Assembly: GCA_008632985.1 (NCBI GenBank)
Contig: QPGO01000132.1
Location: 186,001 to 233,848, forward strand
Direction: 5' to 3'
Origin: Psammoneis japonica
Taxonomy: Eukaryota
Length of the DNA: 47,848 bases
Position 1 is the stretch's first letter. Each line of letters opens with the position of its first letter. The translations under genes and the position numbers were made by a program. This document shows positions 12,780 to 22,624 of the stretch, piece after piece. Under the pieces are notes generated by a model. The model searched no databases and was not told the DNA's origin. It saw only the letters and a program-made list of their open reading frames with translations.

Positions 12780-14567
12780 GAACCAAAGGCAAAAAATGCA
12801 GCATTGGACAAGAAAAGAAGTGTGCAAGAGTTGCTGAGAGTTCACCATGGGACACCCCACATGGAAAAAAAACACAGCAGCAAAACCTTCAGTTGGCAGT
12901 GCAAGCATTCTGCGCAGCGCACAAAAGTGCAAGGAACCAGAATCAAAACGAAGTGTGGCAGAGGAAACATCCAAGAAGATGTCGAAGATCATCATTGACA
13001 AAGAAAGTGACAGCAAAAAGCAACAGCATTTGCCCGCAGAAATCGAAGCAATGCAGAAAAAGGCAATGATCTGTCTGAACAAGTTTGAGGTGAATCTCAA
13101 AGATCCAGAAGGAGATTTGATCAAGAGCAAGGTCACTGTCGAATTGGCAGAGAACAGCACAAATGAGGAGGCCAAATTGCAACATTTCAATGAGGCAAGC
13201 ATTTCCAGACATGTGTCGAATGTCCTGCATGATGTGCTGCAATGCCTGCAGATGTCCTTGACCACCAAAATTGGCCAATGAATCTCTCCTTTTTCCATGC
13301 GACCAGACATTGTTGTCATTCACTGGAAATGTAGAATCATTCTGGTGATTGAAGTCAAGAATCCCGGCAAGAATGGCAAGGCAGTTGTTTGTAACAGCAT
13401 TGCTGCCAGCCAAGCCTGCAACCATGCCATGGGACTGCAACAGATGGGCACAGATCACCCGTTTGTCTGTCTCTCCACCTGTGATTGCACGCAAATTGGA
13501 ACCCTGAAAGCTTCCTTTTTTGACATTTTTGAACGGGCAACTGAGCTTCTTGCGCGTTGACCGATTGCAAAGGCTTTTGACTCAACAATCAGCTCAAACA
13601 AACCAAAAGTCAGCCCCACGAAGCAGGGAAAACTGACAGAAGTTCCTTTTGATTACTCCCGCACCAACGTTTGTGACATGGATGCAGACGAGACCAACAG
13701 GGACGAATCCGTGACATCAGAGAAATGCATCGTCATTTTTCAGAAATCTTTGAGTGCTCAAACATGTTCCAAGCCCTCCATTTTGCAGCTGCTTGTGGCA
13801 TTGTGGCAGTTGAACATTCAACAAACAACAGAAAGGAAAATCTCATGCCCTCAGAAGGTGAACGAGTCACCACACGATCCATTGCTGTTGTTCAGGAAAA
13901 CTCGCTTTGCTGGCAGAAGCTTGAATGCAGAGCAACCTGCATGTTGAAGTGCACATGGCAAACCAATCTGAAGGTGCACTTGCATTGTGTTTTGGGACAA
14001 GGCCACTCTGGAAAAGTTTGCCTTGGTTCTGATTCTGCAGGTTGAATGTTTGCCGTCAAGCTGTGTCTTTTTGATGCAGCAATCTTGGAGTCCTTTCGAG
14101 CCGTTGACAATGAAAAAACGAAAATGACTCAGAAGCAAAGAGTGGCAAGAGTCCGCAACAGCAAAGCTGAAAAGTGGAAGAATTTTTACCCCTCATGCAA
14201 GGAAGCGATCTGTTGGGGAGAACTTTTTGGCGTGCCATGCTTGGCCATGCCTTGCGTTGCTTCAGTCCCCATGAATCGCTGCAAGGCCCTTCTTCCAAAG
14301 GTTGAGAAGGAGCTGAAAAGACTTTCAAACAAAGGCTTTGCTTGTGCCGACCGCGATCTCCACTGGCATCACATCGGACCACAAAAGGACCGTGATGATG
14401 GAGAAGACAAAATCATGTTGGTTGATTTGGAATCAACAAAACCAAGGCAAAAAGACAACAAAGCCCATGCCAATCACGTCTGCCTTCTTGAGTCAGCCAT
14501 CAAGCAGTTGAGAGAACGCATGGAAAAAGAGTGCATCAGCACTCCTCAGGAGCTGATTCATGCTTGA
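12780..14567 (+). pseudogene. Decayed PD-(D/E)xK nuclease plus protein-kinase-like gene (Crinkler/CRN-type REase-kinase architecture)
   Basis: RPDIVVI...ILVIEVKNPG (nuclease motif), then LGQGHSGKV, FAVKL, DRDLHWHHIG and IMLVDLES (kinase-like subdomains). Several stops and frameshifts. Confidence 0.65.
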
Positions 14568-14899
14568 TTTGGAATGGTTTTTGTTTGACCGCTTTGACGC
14601 TGACTCCACTGCTTGTCACATCCTCAAGCATTGAAACCTCTGGCCGCTGTCCCACAATGCTTCTGTCAGCCTTGCGAGCAGTGTTGCCTGACATTGGAGG
14701 AAGCAACCTGGCATTTCAGACCTGCAAAGGTTCCTTTGTCTTGCTCCTCATTTCACTTTTCCATTCAAATGGTGGGACAGATGTTGTCCACATTCTGACA
14801 TTGACCACTGCATTCCTCATTGTCGCGTTGCCCTGCAGCTGTAGTTTGGCACAATTGATTCACTCGTCAGACCAATTTCTGCAGTTTTGGACCTTGTTG

Positions 14900-17800
14900 C
14901 TGAACGGCCAACCAGTGCAGCAATGAATGGTGGCAAAGACACTTTAGACTCACATCATGAACTCTCAATTGTGCCATCAGTGTGCCTGACAGAAGCAATG
15001 ATGATTGCAGCAGAGTCTAAATTGTTTAGATGTGCTAGAGCCTGTGCTTGGAGGTGGTCACAGAGCTCTTGGAATCTTCAATGGTTCAATGAAATGCATG
15101 CCCCATTTCACCTGCAAATGTGTGTTGAGTTCCCGCAGTTTGGACCAAGACTTCTCATTCCGGGAAATGGGGAACTTAACACCCAACATTTGGTGCACTC
15201 CCATGTTAAAAACAAGCCCAAAAGATGACAATTCCCCACATTCAGGCATGGACGTGAAGTCGTTGGCACACGGCAGCACCCCTTGTGCTGCCACTGCCAT
15301 CTTGGCTGAAGTCCAGAGAGTCTGTGGGGGGCACTGTCAGGAGTGACAAGTGTGCCTGCTTTGTTCATTCCTCCAGCAGCGCTCAAAATTCTGTGCAGAA
15401 CCCCAAGCAAATTGATGTGATGTTGGTGTTGGCAATCCTGATCAAAATGAGAGGCACAGGTGCCCCACTGGTGCAGCCATCCAGGAAGGCTGTCAATGCT
15501 GGGCTGTCCTCCATCAACGTTGAAATGATGAGAAAGATGCAATGTCCAGAAGGTTCAAAACAGACAAACATCCTGGTGCCAATTTTGCACCATTGGAAGC
15601 GCCATGGGATTGGCGGCAGAACTAAAAAGTTGACTGTGTTCTGTGTCAGCATGGATGAAAGAATGAGTGCAAGTGGTTGCCGCAGGTGGGTCCATGCCAC
15701 CCTGCACACATCAAATTCCAGGAACTCGACAAGGTGGGGGCTTGGAAACAAATTTTGTTCTCTCAGAGCCAGCCCAGTGCTCTCTTGGCACCATCATCAC
15801 CAATGTGATGACACCTTGCCTCCACAAATGTTGGGTCATTTCCAACTGCTTGCTTGCCAATGTTCAACACATGTGGCTGCAGGCTCTGACAAAGCTGTGC
15901 AACCCAAACTCAAGTGCAACACCATGGCTGCTTCTTGGAGCTGGAGCTCATTTTTGATGCAGACTGGGAGCTCTCTCCTCTGGTTCCTTGTGCTGTCTGT
16001 GTGTTGGATGCCACATGTGGCTGCATGGAGACAACAATGATGCAGTGCCGGCAAATGCAGAAGGAGCTGAATGCAAATGTTCAACAATGTGTGGGGACAC
16101 TGAGGTCTGCGTGGAACAGGCACTGTGACAAAGCTTGTGGATGACTGTCAAACACCAGCCATGTGACCCATGAGGTGCTGACTGGTCATTTGCACAAGCT
16201 GAAGCCAACCAGAGAGAAACAACAAGGCAGTTGAACCTTGTTGCTGTTTTGATTGCAACACAGCTGTTGCAGTTGAAACAATTAATTTGTTTTTGCAACA
16301 AGAGGTCATGTCTCTGTGCCACTGTGGCTGCACCCAACCCTGTCAACTGCAAGACCCCATCTGAGTCCATGCCTGATTCCCTCACTGGAGACTGCCAAAG
16401 TTCATCTGAAACCATTTTCAGTGATGGGGTGCTCATTGCTGGCAATGAGGTCCTGAAGGCGATTGTCTGCTCACCACACACTGTGCCACCACACTGGAGC
16501 TCACCACGCCATGGCATGATTGCTCCTGCACACATGGCTCCGACGTCAATCTGGGCAACCAGGTGACAGTTGTCATGTGGCCAGCCAACCCTTTCATGAG
16601 GACTCAGCCCACAACATGCCAACCAAGGGGATGTCATCCAACTGGTGGGAGAGCACTGCAGCCACTTTTTGATCTGGCATCTTCTTTGCCAGTTTGTCAG
16701 CTTGTTTCTTGGTTTGATTTTTTCTTTGTCTTTCTCTTCACCTGTGTTGCTTCTGTCTTTGTTGTTGGTCAGTTTCTCTTTGTCACCACCAGATGACTTC
16801 CTTTTGGCAGCAGCCTGCTTCTTGGAGTTTTGTCCCTCTTTCTCCAGCTGGCTTGAATGCCCCAGGGATCATCTTCCAAAATCTGTTTCATCTTTTTGTT
16901 TTGACAAGAAGCAGTGGCGCCTGTGTCTGGGTTGTGTGCCACATCCTGATGCACTGCAATCCCATGCAATGTGAGCCAGCATGCAGACTTGACTCCCAGC
17001 AGGTGCGGGCACTCAGCAACAAGGTTGTTCATCACCTGCATCACTGGAGCACAGCTCTTCTTTGGAAAAGCAATGACAAGGATGGAGGTGCTGCTCCATT
17101 TCATGTTGATGTGATGGATCAATGGGATCAGCGCAGCCCCAATTTGCCCTCAGGATCTTGGATTCTTTTTTGCATGACAAGTTGATGGTGATTGATCTTT
17201 TGACAATTTGAGTGGGGCAGTTTGGCAATGAAGCTGCGTTCCATCTTGCTGATGATGTGCTTGCAGAAGAAGTGTTGGCACTGTCACAGTTCATTTGTGA
17301 GTGTTGTCCAGAGCACACCGCATGGCACGAGAGGAATGGCAAAGTGCATGTCTCATCTGCAGTCCCATGATTGTCTTCCTGGCACCCACCCTCCATGGCT
17401 TTTCCAATGCAATCTTGGCTTGAAAGGCATGGCAAGCCTTGACAACAATGCGAAGTGCCTCCGGGTTCTTCTTGGGGTCGTCCCAATTGCAGGTTGGATG
17501 TTTTTCAATTGGCTCTGCAGTGGCTTTCCCCATTGGAGGCCAAGGCAATTGGGCTCACCACCTTGACCCAGAGCTTTCTTGCAGATCTGGCAGTGAAGAG
17601 TCTCTTCATTCACAGTCTTGGTGCTCAACGCAAAGCCAGCCAATGCATCCTGAGTTCACAGACTGGCAGGGCACTGGCTTTCTTTAGATTGTGAGCTTGC
17701 CTCCCTTCACATCCTCAAATCTTCCCATTGGTTCAGTGCCATGTTCTCTTTTGTTGGCATGCTTGCAGTTTCTTCCTGCAACAAGGACTCAGATCTGACA

Positions 17801-18750
17801 GCATGTCATGTGCTTTTGGTTTTGGTTTGGGCATGGGTTCAGGCAGTTGACTCCCAGGAAGATGCTCAGAGTTTCCCGCTCCTGTGCTTTGCCCTCAGGA
17901 ATGTCCTCTGGAGCAAGCCACATGCCAAAGGTTTCTTGGAGCTCTGGATCCCATGTGCCGATGGCGACATGTTTGCTGAGAACTTTGTTGGATGACTTCC
18001 AGGCCTTGTTGGGTTAACTTGGTCACCACACAGAGGGGGTCTTCAGCTTTGGAGGCACTGCAATGAATGCACTGCATTGGATTTCAGAGTGGGGAAGGCA
18101 ACTCAGCCTTTTTCTGTTTCTTTGTCTTTCTCCTCTGCATCTTCCACCTCCTTGTCTTTTCTGCCTCCTCTCCCACTTCTTCTTCATCCTCCAACTGCAA
18201 GCAACAATGCTTGCTTGTGAGCTGCTCTGCAGGAGTGTTTTCTTGCTCTTGTTGAGGTTCTGAGTGCTCACTTCCTTTTCCTTGGAGTGGTGTTTCTTCT
18301 GTCTCTTCCATGACAACTGAGGTGTCGACATGATTTGCGCTGGTCAAGGAGTGTAAAGGGTCATCCACTTCCTCTGACTTTCCCTCTTTTTCTGTTGCAT
18401 CAGACTCTTGAACATTGTTTGCACAGTTGGCTGTTGTGTCTTTGGCAAAACCTTCACCCTGGACTTGCTCTTCTTCACTTTCCAGGTTGTCTTTCTCTGT
18501 GACCTGTGACACCTGTCTCATTTTCTGGCTCCACTTCATCAGCTTTCCCTCTGCTTGTTGTGCAGTGGTCGTGTGGGTTTGGGGAGTGACAAGTGTTTCC
18601 GTGGTGTTGTTGCCTGTTCAACAACTTTGTTCTTGTCGTCCTTGTCGTGTTGCTCCTTGAGATTTTTCCTTTGCCATTTTGTCCTTTTCCTTTTATCTTG
18701 TTGCACCCTTTGTGGGTTTTTCTTGCCGCCGGAGTTGTTGCATTTTTTTC
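14900..18750 (-). other. Long decayed coding remnant (Glu/Lys-rich N-terminal part), probably a retro- or DNA-transposon relic; family not assigned
   Basis: Chain of broken minus-strand ORFs (18539..18937, 18084..18539, 17291..17548) in sequence depleted of TpA and CpG. No firm catalytic motif recognised. Confidence 0.3.
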
Positions 18751-19423
18751 GGCCCATGGTGCAATTTTTAAGGGTGGCGTTAATGCGTGCACGCGAGTCA
18801 TGCACCAGCCACACCCGTGGGCTTGGTGACAAGCACCCGCATCGGCATGAGCAAGGCATTGCGTTTGAAGTGATTTTCGTCCGTGTCATTTCCACGCAAG
18901 GTCGCCTGTGCAACACTGGCTTCATGCAAGAATGCAATCCAAGTACAGACCTGAAGGAACAGCAGCGGCGTCTTCATCATCGTGGTTTTTATGCGGTGCG
19001 TACAATGTTGCGGTTTGCGTTTGCGATTTTTTGATCTTACGAACAGCACTTCTCTGTGCTCTAGACTAAGCCATTTCGTTTGACGTTGACGTCCGTCCGG
19101 CGTCTGTGTGGCCATCCGACGACCAACGTTAGCAACATCGCCCACCTTGATAGTTGCAAGGGGCTTTATTAAACTATCTTACCAAGCTTGTGCATAGTTG
19201 CGCCAATCAAGGAGCAGTATCGACACCAATAGGAAGTAAACGAATGCCGTAGTGATTATGTTCGTCTATTTTATCAATTTGCGTTTCGGAATAAGGTGAA
19301 AATGATTTCCAATTTCCCATGCAGACCGTAAAAGCAATTTCATTAGCAGTAGTTCCTACCCAGCACGTTGCCATGGCTTGCAAAGTATCGAAACAGCGAT
19401 ACCACATGGAGCTTTGCTGGTGC

Positions 19424-20413
19424 TTATGGAGGAGTGTAAAATGAATCATAGTACCCATTCCTCGTGAATCCCCCATCAACGGAAATGACTTGTCCAGTCA
19501 CATAGCCTGCAATGGGCAAACACAAGAATGCCACCAATCCTGACACCTCTCTTGGCTCACCCACTCGTCCCAGGGGCGTCCTTTCAACGACAGATCTAAG
19601 AGAATGGGAGTGGTCGAGCAGCCATGAAGCGTATAAAGCAACGGCAAGGTTAGCCATCAAAACAAGAGACATAAAACATTTTGGCGCCAAGCTTATTTCG
19701 TACCGTTTGTAGGATTCATCCTTGAGCACTTGCTGTGCCAAAGCGGTGTTAATATACCAAGGAGTAACACAGTTCACACGAATTCCATCAGGCCCCCATT
19801 CGCATGCCCAATTCCCAGTTATCTGATTCATGGCTGCCTTTGTAGATGCGTAAGGTGTCCCCGACTTGATACATGTGACCCCTGCGACCGACCCAATATT
19901 GACAACACTACTGGTTGATCCATCGTTGCGTTTCAACAAGCCGTGACATGCCGTTGTTAGGTGAAACATGCTCTGAAAGTTGGTCTTCCAGACGAACTCA
20001 AGATCTTCTTCCGTGTATTCGACGGACGGCTTACGGATGTTGGTACCCACATTGTTGACGAGTATATCTAATCGTTGGTCCTTGCCAAGAAACTTCTTGA
20101 TTTCAGCAACCAGTGTCGCTCGGCCTTGTTTTGTTGAAACATCCGCCACCACGCCTACTACATCCAATCCCTCCTTGGTCCATTGTTGAACACAGCTGTT
20201 CAAGTCATCTTGATTTCGTCCACACGTCAAGACACGACACTGAAGCGTGGATGCCAATTCCGTCACGACGGCATGGCCAATCCCCTTTGTGCCTCCAGTC
20301 ACAACCGCTGTCGATTTCGGTGGCAGTGCCCAACAAGCTATTTCTTCTCCCTTGACGTTGAGAATCATCATCATCGTTGTCAGGATGACGAAAATTAGCT
20401 GCAAAATCGTCAT
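19424..20413 (-). CDS. Tropinone-reductase-like short-chain dehydrogenase/reductase; one 108-nt intron (19596..19703)
   Basis: [36 protein letters not shown] and GQVISVDGG motifs. The in-frame GTACGA...CTTAG intron explains the insertion between YKR and SVVERTP. Hydrophobic N-terminus. Normal TpA content. Confidence 0.92.
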   Translation of the reverse strand: MTILQLIFVILTTMMMILNVKGEEIACWALPPKSTAVVTGGTKGIGHAVVTELASTLQCRVLTCGRNQDDLNSCVQQWTKEGLDVVGVVADVSTKQGRATLVAEIKKFLGKDQRLDILVNNVGTNIRKPSVEYTEEDLEFVWKTNFQSMFHLTTACHGLLKRNDGSTSSVVNIGSVAGVTCIKSGTPYASTKAAMNQITGNWACEWGPDGIRVNCVTPWYINTALAQQVLKDESYKRYEISLAPKCFMSLVLMANLAVALYASWLLDHSHSLRSVVERTPLGRVGEPREVSGLVAFLCLPIAGYVTGQVISVDGGFTRNGYYDSFYTPP

Positions 20414-20882
20414 CGTCGTCCCTTTCTCTATTGACCCTCCGCACCAATCGGGGTAATGGGGAACGTGGGCCTACTTGAGTCAGAGTTGGTGTGGGTGATA
20501 GTGAGATAAAGATAATCGACTTCAGCTATTCTTCACATCAAAAATCACTGCCATCGCCCATCGCCGCCATTTTCCCCTCTACCGGTACAATTTCCCAATT
20601 GCACCGAGCGCCCAGCGCGCGCCGCGCGCCCACCACTGAGTCAGTGGTCTGTCCATCGACGGTGACTTCGCTGGACGAGGGACATTATCGGAATCATTAC
20701 AAAAGTGTCATAGACATTAATGACCGCCTTCCACTTAACATTGACAATATCACGAATATGTCAATTTTCTCGCTCACGAGAACTGGATAAGACACTTGCT
20801 TTCTCACATCATTGCATCACTGACTTACGATGGTCATCTCTTATTTTTACACTTTCTTTCCAAAGACGTGTGTGTGTGTTGA

Positions 20883-21911
20883 ATGGGAGAAAATAAGTTA
20901 GCTCTCGCTTCAATTGTTCTCGTATTGCTGGCTACGTGCAGTGATGGCCGAGATGGGTCAAAGGTGGAGGTTGAATGGGATGAGAATAGCATTCCAACGG
21001 GCGCTTGCTGCATCCACGTTGACGGCGATCATTTCTGCGCCGTGACGTCGAAAGAAATCTGCGAAAATGAGGGTAATAAAGGAATCTTCAAGGGTTTTGA
21101 TACCAAATGCAACGGGGACGCTACATGCGCCGACACTTCAAGCCCAGAGACAGAACTTCCGAGTGCGGCTATTGGAAATCGCGGTGCGTGTTGCTTTCAA
21201 GATGGACCCCGTAGATGTCTAGACTCCAGACCAGGAAACTGCAGGAAAAATGGAGGCAAGTTCTTAGGCAAGGGTGTGTCATGCTTGCAGCCGGGCAATT
21301 TCTGTCCAATCGTCACCGCGACACCGTCTCCAACTTACAGGCCCCTTCAAATGGGAGCGTGCTGTTTCAAGAATCACAAATGCCTCTTGCTCAGGCCTGG
21401 TGTTTGCCGCAGAAGAGGTGGCAAGTTCTTGGGATTTCATGTTGAGTGCGCCCCATTCAACATTTGCCCCGCATCAAAACCTCCTAGGCCTGCTCCAAGC
21501 CCAACCAAGGTTCCTTTGGCAGCAAAGCCTGGGGCCTGCTGTTTCCCTGGCCGCGGGTCTTGTCACAACATCAAGGAAAAGAACTGTTATCGAAAGAGAG
21601 GCATCTTTGCAGGAGAAGGCACGAAATGCACCAAAAAAACCTGTCCTGGAGCATACGGGGCGTGCTGCTTGACTGACGATTCGTGCATCGTTGTAAAACC
21701 AAAGCTCTGTTCATCAAAGGGAGGAATCTTTGCAGGAATGGATACAGCATGCAAGAAGGACACTTGTCCCATTCGTGAGCACGGTGGGGCTTGTTGCTGG
21801 GAGAATGGTGACTGTAATGTACTCAACAAACAGGATTGCTGGAGGAAGTGGGGCAAATTTAAGGGCCCGGGAAGCACGTGTAAGAAGGATGCCTGTCCCA
21901 TTTATGCATGA
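20883..21911 (+). CDS. Secreted cysteine-rich protein with six GACC repeats
   Basis: Signal peptide (KLALASIVLVLLATCSDG). Six ~40-aa units of the form GACC-x6-8-C-x7-C-x3-5-G-x-F-x-G-x3-4-C, with Pro/Thr linkers. Tyr and TpA are present, so the Cys residues are genuine. Confidence 0.85.
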   Translation: MGENKLALASIVLVLLATCSDGRDGSKVEVEWDENSIPTGACCIHVDGDHFCAVTSKEICENEGNKGIFKGFDTKCNGDATCADTSSPETELPSAAIGNRGACCFQDGPRRCLDSRPGNCRKNGGKFLGKGVSCLQPGNFCPIVTATPSPTYRPLQMGACCFKNHKCLLLRPGVCRRRGGKFLGFHVECAPFNICPASKPPRPAPSPTKVPLAAKPGACCFPGRGSCHNIKEKNCYRKRGIFAGEGTKCTKKTCPGAYGACCLTDDSCIVVKPKLCSSKGGIFAGMDTACKKDTCPIREHGGACCWENGDCNVLNKQDCWRKWGKFKGPGSTCKKDACPIYA

Positions 21912-22341
21912 ATCTATCCGACGCAATCGATATTGACTGCTCCTTGCTTCTACAGAAAGAGGACCTTTCACATAAGATATTTCCGCGAAGTACCGTACTC
22001 TGAGCAACGAGGTGCTCACTACAGGTCCAACTCATTTAAGTGAAAATAAAACGAAACGACAGATACACTGCCCCAGGATTTATGTGACACAGCACCAAAA
22101 ATGGTAGAAGAATCAACTTCGATTCATGAATGCATGTTATATATTCAATACGTCGTAGAGATATTGTGCACAGGACCTCTAGCTGCGGTAACGTAAAATT
22201 AGTGCAGCAGACGCCTCTACTCTTCCTTCCACAATAGTAATAGTTACATAAGAGCCACCACAGTAACAGCTCAGATTATAATAATGCATTGGAAGATATC
22301 CCCCTGGTGGCAGTTACCGAGAATTCGGGATTGAGTTCCAT

Positions 22342-22470
22342 GTGGATGAAACAGCAGCGGCCAAAGTGCAACAAGTCAAGGAGGACAGTGCCATGATTGG
22401 ATTGGAACAGTTTCAGCTTGCCACGCAAGTTGTCAAGATGATTCTCAAGATTGATGCTGCCATTTCCATG
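22342..22470 (+). pseudogene. Isolated fragment resembling the C-terminus of chaperonin CCT-epsilon
   Basis: FQLATQVVKMILKID matches my recollection of the CCT5 C-terminal motif. The rest of the gene is absent. Followed by a 16-G run. Confidence 0.5.
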
Positions 22471-22624
22471 GGGGGGGGGGGGGGGATCAGCAAGAAAGAC
22501 TTGAGAGAGGTGCGAGTAGTGCGACGAGTCTCGGTCCTGGAGAAGTAAGGGAGAAAAGATGAGAAGGCCTAGATAAAGCAATACAAAAGAAGGTACAAAA
22601 TTTAGACACAATGACGCTATCAAC

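Noticed and set aside
5200..18900. Classical RIP or CpG decay as the sole explanation of the TG/CA excess
   Set aside because: RIP raises TpA rather than lowering it. CpG decay is present here but cannot remove TpA, and the thioredoxin copy loses TpA with its CpG intact.
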